Shown here: positions 20,387-30,708 of the stretch, piece by piece
Position numbering within the stretch: position 1 is the stretch's first letter
Layout of the letters: every line of letters starts with the position of its first letter
Origin: an uncultured Pelagibacteraceae bacterium
Lineage (GTDB): Bacteria > Pseudomonadota > Alphaproteobacteria > Pelagibacterales > Pelagibacteraceae
Length of the DNA: 64,000 nucleotides
Reading direction: 5' to 3'
Assembly: GCA_902566785.1 (NCBI GenBank)
Contig: CACFKI010000004.1
Coordinates: 705 to 64,704, forward strand
Made by a program: the position numbers and the translations under genes
The notes under the pieces: model-generated
The model's database searches: none
What the model saw: only the letters and a program-made list of their open reading frames with translations
Told to the model about the DNA's origin: nothing

Positions 20387-22150
20387 ATGCCAAATTATAC
20401 AGCTCCCATTGAAGATATGATGTTTCTTTTTGATAAGTTGAGAAATAATCAAAATTATAACGAAATTGAAAAATATAAAGAAGTTAATACAGAACTTGTT
20501 AAAGATATTTTAAGCGAGGCTGCAAAAATAAACCAAAATATAATTTTACCTCTTGCAAAATCTGGTGATGAAAATCCCACTGTTCTTGAAAATGGAGTTG
20601 TAAGAACACCACCTGGTTATAAGGAAGCATATAATAAATTTATCGAAGATGGTTGGACTTCATTATCTTGTGATCCTAAATATGGAGGCCAAGGTATGCC
20701 CAAAACAGTGAGTGCTTTTTTTGATGAAATGTTATCTTCAGCAAGTTTATCTTTTAAGCTTTATAGTGAACTTAGTATTGGTGCTTACAATTGTATTAAT
20801 CATCATGCAAATGAGGAAATAAAAAATAAATATTTACCAAAAATTGTAGAGGGAAAATGGAGTGGTACAATGTGTTTAACAGAACCTGTTTGTGGCACTG
20901 ATTTAGGGTTGTTAAAAACCAAAGCAGTCGAACAACCTGACGGTACTTTCAAAATAAGTGGTCAAAAAATTTTTATTACCTCTGGGGATCATGACTTAAC
21001 AGAAAATATTATTCATTTAGTAATAGCAAGAGCAACAGACTCGCCAAAAGGCACCAAGGGAATTAGCTTATTTTTAGTTCCAAAATTTCAAGTCAAAGAG
21101 AATGGAGAAATAGGGACTAGGAATGGAATTTCTACAGGATCAATAGAATCTAAAATGGGAATAAAAGGTTCGGCAACTTGTGTTTTAAATTTTGATGAAG
21201 CAGTAGGATATATGATAGGTCCAAAAAACAAAGGACTTAATTCAATGTTTACAATGATGAATTTAGAAAGAATAGTTGTTGGTATACAAGGTTTGGGAAT
21301 TTCAGAAATTGCATATCAAAATTCTTTAAGTTATGCAAAGGAGAGAAAACAAGGAAAAACACATAACAGTAAATCTTCTAATGGAGCAGATAACATTATT
21401 GAACATGCGGATATAAGAAAGTCATTACTTAATATGAAATCAATAATTGAGGGTGAAAGAGCTTTATGTTTTTGGTTGTCACAACAAACTGAAGTGAGCT
21501 TATATCATGAAAATGCTCAAGTAAGGCAAGAGGCCTCTGATTTTGTATCTTTAATGACACCAGTTGTAAAAACTATGTTTACTGATTTAGGAATGGAAAT
21601 TACAAGTGAGGCGATGCAAGTACATGGAGGATATGGTTATACAAAAGATCAAGGTATTGAGCAATTATACAGAGATAATAGAATTACTCCTATTTATGAA
21701 GGTACCAACTCAGTTCAAGCTGCTGATTTGGTTTTTAGAAAGCTAATTAATAAAAATGGTGATATTATTGAAAAATACTTAAGCACCATACAAAAAGATA
21801 TAGATAATAATCTTAAAGAATTAAAACCTTTTATTGATGACTTTAACTTTCAAATGGAAATATTTAATGAATTTACGAATTGGATTAAGGAAAAAATATC
21901 TAATTCAAAAAATGATGCTAGCGCTGCCTGTAATGATTATTTAAAAGCATTAGGTTATATTTCAATAGCTCATTCTTGGATAAAAGTTTTAGAAGTATGC
22001 TTTAAAGATTATGCAAGCAATAAAGATTTTTATGAAGATAAAATTCAAACCGCTAAATTTTATTTTAAAAGAGTTCTGCCAAGAGCAGAAAATCATTTTA
22101 AAACTGCATCCTCGGGTAGTGATTATATAATGAATTTTAAATTTAACTAA
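20387..22150 (+). CDS. dmdC: Acyl-CoA dehydrogenase, probable 3-methylmercaptopropionyl-CoA dehydrogenase
   Basis: GTMCLTEP..GTDLG, KIFITSGDHD, QVHGGYGY, IYEGTN; clustered with dmdB and dmdA. Confidence 0.8.
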   Translation: MPNYTAPIEDMMFLFDKLRNNQNYNEIEKYKEVNTELVKDILSEAAKINQNIILPLAKSGDENPTVLENGVVRTPPGYKEAYNKFIEDGWTSLSCDPKYGGQGMPKTVSAFFDEMLSSASLSFKLYSELSIGAYNCINHHANEEIKNKYLPKIVEGKWSGTMCLTEPVCGTDLGLLKTKAVEQPDGTFKISGQKIFITSGDHDLTENIIHLVIARATDSPKGTKGISLFLVPKFQVKENGEIGTRNGISTGSIESKMGIKGSATCVLNFDEAVGYMIGPKNKGLNSMFTMMNLERIVVGIQGLGISEIAYQNSLSYAKERKQGKTHNSKSSNGADNIIEHADIRKSLLNMKSIIEGERALCFWLSQQTEVSLYHENAQVRQEASDFVSLMTPVVKTMFTDLGMEITSEAMQVHGGYGYTKDQGIEQLYRDNRITPIYEGTNSVQAADLVFRKLINKNGDIIEKYLSTIQKDIDNNLKELKPFIDDFNFQMEIFNEFTNWIKEKISNSKNDASAACNDYLKALGYISIAHSWIKVLEVCFKDYASNKDFYEDKIQTAKFYFKRVLPRAENHFKTASSGSDYIMNFKFN

Positions 22151-23778
22151 TGAGTAATTACGATAAAAATTTAGATAAAAACAACGCTAACTTTGTTCCA
22201 CTAACTCCTTTGAGTTTTTTAGAAAGAGCAAAAGATATTTATCCAAATTATGATGCTTTAATTTACGAGGATAGAAAATATACTTGGTCAGAGATTTTTA
22301 AAAGATGCACCAAATTTGCTAGTGCCTTAGAAAAAATTGGCATTGGTACTGGTGATACGGTTTCTGTAATGGCTTTTAATACTCCTGAAATTTTTGAGGC
22401 ACACTACTCTGTTCCAATGTGCGGAGCAGTTTTAAATACTATCAATACCAGACTTGATGCAAAAACTGTTGCTTATATTTTGGATCATAGTGAAGCTAAA
22501 GTTCTCATCGTAGATAGACAACTACATTCTGTTATAGAAAAAGCCTTGTCGATTTCAAAAATAAAACCAATAATTATCGATATTCAGGATAATTTTGCAG
22601 ATCAGAAACTATTAAAAAAAATAGGTGATAAAGAATACGAGAATTTTTTAAGTTCTGGAGATGAAAATTATAAGTGGAAAATTCCAAAAGATGAATGGCA
22701 AGCTATTTCTTTAAGTTATACTTCAGGCACCACAGGAAATCCTAAAGGAGTTGTGTATCATCACAGAGGATCTTATCTAATGTCTACTGGAAGTGCAGTT
22801 GCATGGAATATGCCAAATAGATTAAATTTTTTAACGGTTGTACCAATGTTTCACTGTAATGGTTGGGGATATCCATGGACTATTCCAATGTTAAATGGAA
22901 AAACAATATGTTTGAGAGCGATTGATATTAAAAAGATTTTTGATTTAATTGAAAAACATGAAATTACCCATTTTGGGGGTGCTCCAATAGTATTAAATAT
23001 GATTACTGGAGCTCCTGAGTCAGATAAAAAAAAATTACATAGAAAGGTATATGTCTTAACCGCAGGCGCTCCACCTCCAAGTATAATTTTTAAAAAAATG
23101 AAAGCTCTTGGTTTTGAAGTAATGCATGTATATGGATTAACCGAAACATATGGACATGTTACCCAATGTGCTTGGAATGATGAATGGAATAAACTTGATG
23201 AAGAAAAACAAAATGAAATAAAGGCAAGACAAGGGGTTAGATACCCAAATACAGAAGGTGTTACCATAATGGATCCTGAAACAATGAAAGAAGTACCACG
23301 AGATGGCAAAACTATTGGGGAAATAATGATAAGAGGTAATATCGTGATGAAGGGATATTTTAAGGATAAAGATGCAACAGAAAAAGCTATGAAGGGTGGC
23401 TGGTTTCATTCAGGGGACTTGGCTGTCATGCACCCTGATGGTTATGTAAAAATACAAGATAGATCTAAAGATATAATTATTTCAGGAGGTGAAAATATTT
23501 CATCAATTGAAATTGAAAATACATTAGCAAAACACCCAGGTGTTTCCATAGCTGCAGTTGTTGCTAAACCAGATGAAAAATGGGGAGAAGTCCCGTGTGC
23601 ATTTATTGAAAAAGTTCAAGATAAGGAAGTTACTGAAAAAGAGCTAATTGACTTTTGCAGAGAAACACTAGCTGGATTTAAGATTCCAAAGAAAATAGAG
23701 TTTTGTGAATTACCTAAAACTTCAACAGGAAAAATACAGAAATTTGAATTAAGAAAAAAGGCCAAGGAGATAAACTGA
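22150..23778 (+). CDS. dmdB: AMP-forming acyl-CoA ligase, probable methylmercaptopropionate-CoA ligase
   Basis: YTSGTTGNPKG, PMFHCNGW, YGLTETYG, GWFHSGD, LPKTSTGKIQK; dmd context. Confidence 0.82.
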   Translation: MSNYDKNLDKNNANFVPLTPLSFLERAKDIYPNYDALIYEDRKYTWSEIFKRCTKFASALEKIGIGTGDTVSVMAFNTPEIFEAHYSVPMCGAVLNTINTRLDAKTVAYILDHSEAKVLIVDRQLHSVIEKALSISKIKPIIIDIQDNFADQKLLKKIGDKEYENFLSSGDENYKWKIPKDEWQAISLSYTSGTTGNPKGVVYHHRGSYLMSTGSAVAWNMPNRLNFLTVVPMFHCNGWGYPWTIPMLNGKTICLRAIDIKKIFDLIEKHEITHFGGAPIVLNMITGAPESDKKKLHRKVYVLTAGAPPPSIIFKKMKALGFEVMHVYGLTETYGHVTQCAWNDEWNKLDEEKQNEIKARQGVRYPNTEGVTIMDPETMKEVPRDGKTIGEIMIRGNIVMKGYFKDKDATEKAMKGGWFHSGDLAVMHPDGYVKIQDRSKDIIISGGENISSIEIENTLAKHPGVSIAAVVAKPDEKWGEVPCAFIEKVQDKEVTEKELIDFCRETLAGFKIPKKIEFCELPKTSTGKIQKFELRKKAKEIN

Positions 23779-24557
23779 TCTTAGAAGTTGATTCAAAAGA
23801 GGTTTTTATCTCTACTGGGGGTCTTGATTTTGATAATAAAAAACCATCTATTATTTTAATTCATGGAAGTGGACTAACTCATATTGTTTGGTCACTTCAT
23901 GAACAATATTATGCATCTCAAGGATATAATGTATTATCTATTGATCTTCCAGGGCATGGGAGCTCAGAAGGACCAACACTTAACACCATAGAAAAAATAT
24001 CAGATTGGGTAAAATCTTTAATGCAGACACTTAAAATATCCAGAATTACTATTATTGGTCATTCCCAAGGCTGTTTGGTTGGTATAGATTTTGCATCGAG
24101 GTATCCAAATTTAATTCAAAGTTTAATACTGGCTGCAGGTTCCTATAAAATGCCAGTAAATCAAGATTTAATAGATCTTGCAGAAGCTGGGGACGAAAAA
24201 GCAGTATTACTAATGATGAAATGGGGTTATGAAGGGTCAAAAGCATTTATTGGAGGAAATCCTGTAAAGAAAATTATTAATTCATCAAGAGATATAATTG
24301 AAATTTTATCTGTAGACTTGAACGCATGTAACAATTACAAAGCGGGTAAAGAATCTTTAGAAAAAATTAATTGTCCAACATTATGTATTTATGGAGATTT
24401 AGACAAAATGGTACCACTTAAAATAGGAAATAAAATGTCAGAAATGATAAAAAATTCTGAAACAAAAATAATTTCAAATTGTGGACATATGATAATCTTT
24501 GAAAAAGCATTTGAAATGCGATTAGCTGTAAAAGAATTTTTAAATAAAAACCAATGA
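23775..24557 (+). CDS. Alpha/beta hydrolase, about 260 aa, probably initiating at CTG
   Basis: The frame of the 24021 ORF stays open back to a stop at 23745; the extra 82 codons contain ILIHGSG and IDLPGHG; GHSQG nucleophile, GDLD and CGH downstream; AAGGAG 5 nt before CTG. Confidence 0.8.
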   Translation: MILEVDSKEVFISTGGLDFDNKKPSIILIHGSGLTHIVWSLHEQYYASQGYNVLSIDLPGHGSSEGPTLNTIEKISDWVKSLMQTLKISRITIIGHSQGCLVGIDFASRYPNLIQSLILAAGSYKMPVNQDLIDLAEAGDEKAVLLMMKWGYEGSKAFIGGNPVKKIINSSRDIIEILSVDLNACNNYKAGKESLEKINCPTLCIYGDLDKMVPLKIGNKMSEMIKNSETKIISNCGHMIIFEKAFEMRLAVKEFLNKNQ

Positions 24558-25666
24558 CAAAAAATTATTCAATTGCTAAATCAAGAAGATTAAGGAGCAC
24601 CCCATATACTTCAAGAATTGAAAAACAAGGAGTGAGCTCATATACCATTTACAATCATATGCTGTTACCAGCAAGTTTTGGATCATTAGAGGAATCTTAT
24701 TCACATTTAAAAGAACATGTTCAGGTGTGGGATGTAGCTGCAGAAAGACAAGTGGAAATTTCAGGAAAAGACTCGTCCAAACTAGTTCAATTAATGACTT
24801 GCAGAGATCTTTCTAAATCAAAAATTGGAAGATGTTATTATTGTCCAATAATTGATGATAATGCAGGTCTTGTTAACGATCCAGTAGTTCTCAAATTGGA
24901 TGAAAATCGATGGTGGATATCTATTGCAGACTCTGATGTCATATTATTTGCAAAAGGTCTAGCCATTGGAAATAAGTATGATGTAAAAATTTTTGAACCT
25001 AATGTGGATATTATGGCAGTTCAAGGACCGAAATCATTTAAACTTATGGAAAAAATATTTGGAAAAAAAATTTTAGATATGAAATTTTTTGGATTTGATT
25101 ATTTCGATTTTGAGGGATCCAAACATTTAATTGCAAGATCAGGTTGGTCAAAACAAGGTGGATTTGAAATTTATGTTGAAAACACAGAGTCTGGATTAAA
25201 ACTTTACGATGAAATGTTTAAAGTTGGTAAAGAATTCAATGTAAAACCAGGCTGTCCCAATTTAATTGAGAGAATCGAGAGTGCCTTATTATCATACGGA
25301 AATGATATGGATAACAATGATAATCCTCTGGAGTGTGGTTTTGAAAAGTATGTAAATCTAGAAAGTAATATAAACTTTTTAGGAAAAGATAGATTAATTA
25401 AAATACAAAAAAATGGAATAAGTAGAAAACTGATGGGCTTAAAAATTGAATCTAATCAAATTAATATGACAAAATCTTTGGAAGTAAAAAATGAAAAAGG
25501 AGAAATAATTGGAGAATTGAGATCTGCATGCTATTCTCCACATTTTAAAAAAGTCATTGGAATTGCAATGATTAATAAACCTTATTGGAACGCTTCCCAA
25601 GCTATATCAGTTCAAATAAATGAAAAAACTATAAAAGGTATGGTTTGCGATTTACCCTTCATTTAG
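24554..25666 (+). CDS. dmdA: Dimethylsulfoniopropionate demethylase (GcvT-like, THF-dependent)
   Basis: [62 protein letters not shown]. Confidence 0.93.
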   Translation: MTKNYSIAKSRRLRSTPYTSRIEKQGVSSYTIYNHMLLPASFGSLEESYSHLKEHVQVWDVAAERQVEISGKDSSKLVQLMTCRDLSKSKIGRCYYCPIIDDNAGLVNDPVVLKLDENRWWISIADSDVILFAKGLAIGNKYDVKIFEPNVDIMAVQGPKSFKLMEKIFGKKILDMKFFGFDYFDFEGSKHLIARSGWSKQGGFEIYVENTESGLKLYDEMFKVGKEFNVKPGCPNLIERIESALLSYGNDMDNNDNPLECGFEKYVNLESNINFLGKDRLIKIQKNGISRKLMGLKIESNQINMTKSLEVKNEKGEIIGELRSACYSPHFKKVIGIAMINKPYWNASQAISVQINEKTIKGMVCDLPFI

Positions 25667-25684
25667 TATAAAAGTCTAAATATT

Positions 25685-26695
25685 ATGAATATTGCGATTG
25701 TAGGAGCTACAGGAAACGTAGGTAGGAAGCTATTAGATGTTTTGGATAAAAAAAATTTCCAAATTACTGAGTTATTTTTAGTTGCTTCACCTAAAAGTGC
25801 TGGAAAAAAAATTAAATTTAAAAATGAAGAATTGATCGTTGAGGATTTAAACAATTTTGACTTTTCAAAAGTAAAATTGGCATTCTTTGCTGCCGGAAGT
25901 GCTATTGCCGAAAAATGGGCACCAATTGCTGCAGAGAAAACAATTGTAATTGATAATTCAAAATTTTTTAGAAAAGATCCGCAAATTCCTCTTGTGGTAC
26001 CTGAGGTGAACTCAAAAGAATTAGCTCATGTAAAACATAAAAACATTATCGCCAATGCTAATTGCTCAGTTATTCCAATTGTTGTAGCATTAAAGCCTCT
26101 ACATGATTTATATAGTGTAAAAAGAATTGTTGCCTCTACTTATCAATCTGTATCAGGCGCAGGAAAAGAAGCTATGGATGAATTAATTTCACAAACAAAA
26201 GATTATTTAGATGAGAAAGAGATTAATTCAAAAAACTTTACAAAGCAAATAGCTTTTAATGCTATACCACACATAGATACTTTTTTAGAGAATGGTTCAA
26301 CTAAAGAGGAACAAAAGAACCATGATGAAATAAAAAAGATATTAGATAAAAAAATTAATGTTACTTCTACCTGTGTGAGAATTCCAGTTTTAGTTTCTCA
26401 TTCAATAAGCATCAATGTAGAATTTAATAAAAAATATAACTTAGATGAAATAAGAAACGTACTATCATCTTCACCAGGATGTAAAGTTATAGATGAAAAA
26501 ATTGATGGAGGATACATTACACCTGTTGAAGCAGAAAATAAATATGAAACATTTATTTCAAGAATACGAGAGGATAATTCTCAACCAAACACAATTAATA
26601 TGTGGATAGTATCAGACAATCTTCTTAAAGGTGCTGCATTAAATGCAGTAGAGATAGCTGAAAGCCTATTAAAAGAAAATTTTTATGAAAAATAA
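25685..26695 (+). CDS. asd: Aspartate-semialdehyde dehydrogenase
   Basis: VGATGNVG, IDNS, PLVVPEVN, IIANANC, YQSVSGAG, DNLLKGAALN. Confidence 0.97.
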   Translation: MNIAIVGATGNVGRKLLDVLDKKNFQITELFLVASPKSAGKKIKFKNEELIVEDLNNFDFSKVKLAFFAAGSAIAEKWAPIAAEKTIVIDNSKFFRKDPQIPLVVPEVNSKELAHVKHKNIIANANCSVIPIVVALKPLHDLYSVKRIVASTYQSVSGAGKEAMDELISQTKDYLDEKEINSKNFTKQIAFNAIPHIDTFLENGSTKEEQKNHDEIKKILDKKINVTSTCVRIPVLVSHSISINVEFNKKYNLDEIRNVLSSSPGCKVIDEKIDGGYITPVEAENKYETFISRIREDNSQPNTINMWIVSDNLLKGAALNAVEIAESLLKENFYEK

Positions 26696-27068
26696 TAATC
26701 CACTATCGCCCCATATACAGGTTTATAATTGGCATATTTCATCTTTGGTATCTATTTCTCATAGAATTACAGGAATAATAAATATTGTTGGTATTACAAT
26801 TATTTGTTTTTGGGTAATTTATTTATTATCAGGAGAGAGTTCATATCAAATATTAAATACTTTTTTAAACTCAATTTATGGAAAATTTGTAATTCTAGGA
26901 CTAACTTGGTCTTTTAGCTTTCAAATTTTAAGTGAAATAAGACATTTGTTTATGGATTATGGATTAGGTTTTGATTTAAAGATTGCAAATATAACTGGTT
27001 TACTTGTTATTTTGGGATCAATAATATTTACAGTTTTGATTTTTATTTTAGGAAGGAACTTAATTTAA
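26685..27068 (+). CDS. sdhC: Succinate dehydrogenase membrane subunit C (heme-ligand His replaced by Gln)
   Basis: PLSPH, SISHRITG, IRHL..D.G.G; first gene of sdhCDAB. Confidence 0.93.
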   Translation: MKNNNPLSPHIQVYNWHISSLVSISHRITGIINIVGITIICFWVIYLLSGESSYQILNTFLNSIYGKFVILGLTWSFSFQILSEIRHLFMDYGLGFDLKIANITGLLVILGSIIFTVLIFILGRNLI

Positions 27069-27392
27069 ATGAATAGAACTACAAGAAAATGGTTATTTAT
27101 GAAATTAAGTTCTATAATTTTGGTTCCATTAATGATTTGGTTCATTATAAATTTAGTATCCATTTATGATAATGATTATCAAGATGTTTACCGTTTTTTC
27201 ACCTCTCAGCCATCTAAATTTCTTTTTAGTTTATTGCTTGTATTTGCTTATTTTTTTTCTGCATTAAGTATAAGTGAAGTTTTTGAGGACTATATAAAGG
27301 ATGAAAAAATAAAAAATGTCGCAAATAAATCATTGTATTTATCTGCTATAGTATTACCTTTAATAACAATAATTACATTACTTAGCTTATAA
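27069..27392 (+). CDS. sdhD: Succinate dehydrogenase membrane anchor subunit D (no His residue)
   Basis: Three TM segments, conserved V.EDY motif, position between sdhC and sdhA. Confidence 0.9.
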   Translation: MNRTTRKWLFMKLSSIILVPLMIWFIINLVSIYDNDYQDVYRFFTSQPSKFLFSLLLVFAYFFSALSISEVFEDYIKDEKIKNVANKSLYLSAIVLPLITIITLLSL

Positions 27393-29168
27393 ATGACTTC
27401 TTATAAAATTATAGATCATGAATATGATGTTGTTGTTCTTGGCGCAGGAGGATCAGGTTTAAGAGCAGCAGTTGGTTTAAGTGAGGCAGGTTTAAAGACA
27501 GCTTGTATTTCAAAAGTATTTCCAACTAGGAGCCATACCTCAGCTGCGCAAGGGGGAATTTCTGCAGCATTAGGAAATATGGGTGAAGATGATTGGCGTT
27601 GGCACATGTATGATACAGTTAAAGGATCTGATTGGCTAGGAGACCAAGATTGTATAGAATATTTGTGTAAAGAGGCTCCAAGAGCAGTTTTAGAGCTTGA
27701 AAAATATGGAGTCCCATTCAGCAGAACAGAGGACGGAAAAATTTATCAAAGACCCTTCGGAGGCATGACAAAAAATTATGGTAATGAGCCAGTCCAAAGA
27801 ACTTGTGCTGCAGCTGACAGAACTGGTCATGCAATTTTACATACTTTGTACGGTCAAGCTTTAAAACATAATACTGAATTTTTTATAGAGTACTTTGCTT
27901 TAGATTTACTAATGAAAGATGGGCAGTGTAAAGGATTAATTGCCTGGAATTTAAATGATGGAACAATACACAGATTTCGATCTCATATAACAATCATTGC
28001 AACAGGTGGTTATGGTAAGGTTTATTACTCAGCAACATCTGCTCATACTTGTACAGGTGATGGTAATGCAATGGTACTTAGGGCTGGATTACCTTTGCAA
28101 GATATGGAGTTTGTTCAATTTCATCCAACTGGAATTTATGGACATGGTACTCTAATTTCAGAAGGAGTCAGAGGAGAAGGTGGATATTTATTAAATTCAA
28201 AAGGTGAAAGATTTATGGAAAGATATGCACCAAAGGCAAAAGACTTAGCATCAAGAGATGTAGTAAGTAGATCTATAGCAATTGAGATAAATGAAGGAAG
28301 AGGAGTAGGAAAAGAGAAAGATCATGTTCATTTACATTTAAATCATTTAGACCCTAATGTAATTGAAGAACGTCTTCCAGGAATTGCAGAATCGTCTAGA
28401 CTGTTTGCAAATGTTGATGTTACAAAAGAGCCAATACCAGTTGTTCCAACAGTTCATTATAACATGGGAGGAATTCCTACAAATTATAAAGCTGAAGTTC
28501 TAACTTTAAATGGTTCTGAAAAAACTGTTCCTGGATTGATGGCAATAGGAGAAGCGGCATGTGTTTCAGTCCATGGTGCAAATAGACTAGGTTCTAATTC
28601 TTTAATTGATCTAGTAGTATTTGGAAGGGCAGCAGCAAAAAGAGCTGCTGAGCTAATTAAACCAGGTATGCCACATGAAGAAATTCCAAAATCGGAAACA
28701 GATAAATGCCTTGAGAGATTTAATAAGTTAAGACATGCTGATGGAAGTAATAATACATCAGAACTTAGATTGAACATGCAAAAAACGATGCAGTCTAAAT
28801 GTGCTGTATTTAGAACTGAAAAGACTTTAAAAGAAGGAGTTGCAGAAATTAGAAAACCTTTTGAAGGTATGGATAATATTTCAGTGAAAGATAAATCTTT
28901 AATTTTTAATACTGATTTAGTTGAGACATTAGAGTTTGATAATTTAATTAGGCAGGCAATTACAACTATGGACTCAGCTTATCATAGAAAAGAAAGCAGA
29001 GGAGCTCACGCGAGAGAAGATTTTCCAAAAAGAAATGATGAGAAATTTATGCAACATACTTTATCATGGTGCGATGGTTTAAATACCAAAATAGATTACA
29101 GACCTGTTCATAAATCTACTCTATCGACTGATGTACAGTATTTTCCACCACAAGAAAGGGTTTATTAA
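27393..29168 (+). CDS. sdhA: Succinate dehydrogenase flavoprotein subunit
   Basis: [16 protein letters not shown] (FAD-linked His), QFHPTG, HYNMGG, HGANRLG. Confidence 0.98.
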   Translation: MTSYKIIDHEYDVVVLGAGGSGLRAAVGLSEAGLKTACISKVFPTRSHTSAAQGGISAALGNMGEDDWRWHMYDTVKGSDWLGDQDCIEYLCKEAPRAVLELEKYGVPFSRTEDGKIYQRPFGGMTKNYGNEPVQRTCAAADRTGHAILHTLYGQALKHNTEFFIEYFALDLLMKDGQCKGLIAWNLNDGTIHRFRSHITIIATGGYGKVYYSATSAHTCTGDGNAMVLRAGLPLQDMEFVQFHPTGIYGHGTLISEGVRGEGGYLLNSKGERFMERYAPKAKDLASRDVVSRSIAIEINEGRGVGKEKDHVHLHLNHLDPNVIEERLPGIAESSRLFANVDVTKEPIPVVPTVHYNMGGIPTNYKAEVLTLNGSEKTVPGLMAIGEAACVSVHGANRLGSNSLIDLVVFGRAAAKRAAELIKPGMPHEEIPKSETDKCLERFNKLRHADGSNNTSELRLNMQKTMQSKCAVFRTEKTLKEGVAEIRKPFEGMDNISVKDKSLIFNTDLVETLEFDNLIRQAITTMDSAYHRKESRGAHAREDFPKRNDEKFMQHTLSWCDGLNTKIDYRPVHKSTLSTDVQYFPPQERVY

Positions 29169-29941
29169 TGGTCCAAATGAATTTACCTCAAAACTCGAAA
29201 GTTCAAAAAGGTAAATATTATAAAGATAAAACTGGATCAAAAAACTTAAGAAAAGTAAATATTTATAGATGGGATCCATCTACAGGTGAAAATCCAAGAA
29301 TTGATACATACGAAGTAGATATGGATAATTGTCCATCAAAGGTATTAGATTTGTTAAATAAAATAAAGAATGAAATTGATCCATCGATAGCTTATAGGAG
29401 ATCATGTGCTCATGGAGTTTGTGGATCGTGTGCTATGAATATGGATGGTAAAAATGGATTAGCATGTACTAAACCGCATGATGAAATTAAAGGAGATATA
29501 AACATTTATCCACTTCCTCATTTAAAAGTTCTTAAAGATTTAATTGGAGACCTAAGCACCCTTTACAAACAATATGAGTCTATTCAACCATGGTTGAAAA
29601 ATACAAATAATAAAAATGAAAAAGAAAATTTACAGTCAAGGGAAGATAGATCTAAATTAGATGGTTTGTATGAATGTATAATGTGTGCTTGTTGCTCGAC
29701 ATCTTGTCCAAGTTACTGGTGGAATGGTGAAAAATATTTAGGTCCAGCGGTACTTTTACAGGCTTACAGATGGATAATTGACTCTAGAGATGAGGATAGA
29801 CAAGAAAGATTGAAAAAAGTTGCAGATGAATTGAAGCTTTATAGATGTCATACGATTATGAATTGTACAAATGCCTGTCCAAAAGGTTTGAATCCAGCAA
29901 AAGCTATAGCAGAAATAAAAAAAATGCTTGTAACAGCTTAA
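29168..29941 (+). CDS. sdhB: Succinate dehydrogenase iron-sulfur subunit
   Basis: [32 protein letters not shown]...CP. Confidence 0.98.
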   Translation: MVQMNLPQNSKVQKGKYYKDKTGSKNLRKVNIYRWDPSTGENPRIDTYEVDMDNCPSKVLDLLNKIKNEIDPSIAYRRSCAHGVCGSCAMNMDGKNGLACTKPHDEIKGDINIYPLPHLKVLKDLIGDLSTLYKQYESIQPWLKNTNNKNEKENLQSREDRSKLDGLYECIMCACCSTSCPSYWWNGEKYLGPAVLLQAYRWIIDSRDEDRQERLKKVADELKLYRCHTIMNCTNACPKGLNPAKAIAEIKKMLVTA

Positions 29942-29944
29942 TTA

Positions 29945-30694
29945 TTATTCCTTAAAAAGAATTTTCTTAAGATTTCCCGCTGCATTGAGCATAAGAGGTA
30001 AGATTTTTTTTAAATCTTCAATATTTTTTCTACTTTTGGCGGTATGGGTTGATAAACAAAAATATAGAGAATTATTATTTGTTATAGGCACAGATAAACC
30101 AACCATGCCATTAAACCACTCTTCATTATCAAATGCATACCCCTGTTTCTTAATTTTATTTAATTCTCTTTTGAATTGAGAAACATCTGTAATTGTATTT
30201 TTTGCTGACTTTGGCGTTTTTATATTTTTAAAAATTTGGATAGCATTACTGTTTTCAAGAGATGACAAATAAAGTTTTCCAGATGCTGAGGCGTGCAAGG
30301 GTAGATGATCTCCAGCATCCAAATTAAGTTGCATAGGCCAGTGAAATTGAATTCTATCGAAATAAACTAATTTTGTTCCAATAGGCATTGATAAGCTAAC
30401 AGTTTCTTGTATATCCTCAGTTAACTTTCTCAAAAATGATCTTCTTAGCGTAAATTTTGGCTCATATGGTAAACTTTTTAAAATAATTTCTCTTATTTTT
30501 GGACCAGGTATAAATTTTTTATTAACGTTTTGGATTAAAAACCTTTCCTCGCATAAAATTTCAAGTTGACGGTAAACAGTTGCTAAAGGAATTTTTAATT
30601 TTTGTGAGATTTTTTTAGCAGTAAGGTTATCTGGATCTGTTAAGATCTCTTCCATTATATTAAGTATTCTCCTAGGAGATGTTCTAGATTTCAT
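29945..30694 (-). CDS. IclR family transcriptional regulator
   Basis: N-terminal HTH (ISQKLKIPLATVYRQL), ETVSL, LPLHASASGK, GYAFDNEEW...M. Confidence 0.9.
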   Translation of the reverse strand: MKSRTSPRRILNIMEEILTDPDNLTAKKISQKLKIPLATVYRQLEILCEERFLIQNVNKKFIPGPKIREIILKSLPYEPKFTLRRSFLRKLTEDIQETVSLSMPIGTKLVYFDRIQFHWPMQLNLDAGDHLPLHASASGKLYLSSLENSNAIQIFKNIKTPKSAKNTITDVSQFKRELNKIKKQGYAFDNEEWFNGMVGLSVPITNNNSLYFCLSTHTAKSRKNIEDLKKILPLMLNAAGNLKKILFKE

Positions 30695-30708
30695 AAAATG
30701 TTTTAAAT

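Noticed and set aside
22851-23409. Antisense ORFs of 152 and 90 aa within dmdB
   Set aside because: Shadow frames of a conserved gene with no motifs. The same applies to the other 60-130 aa antisense or alternate-frame ORFs in the track (e.g. 7329, 28484, 39413, 56235, 58569).
24021-24557. 178-aa hydrolase as a truncated gene or pseudogene
   Set aside because: The upstream frame is open and encodes the missing N-terminal motifs with no frameshift or stop; better explained by a CTG start at 23775.
24554-25666. GcvT (glycine cleavage T protein)
   Set aside because: DmdA-type motifs, linkage to dmdB/dmdC-like genes, and no gcvH/gcvP nearby.
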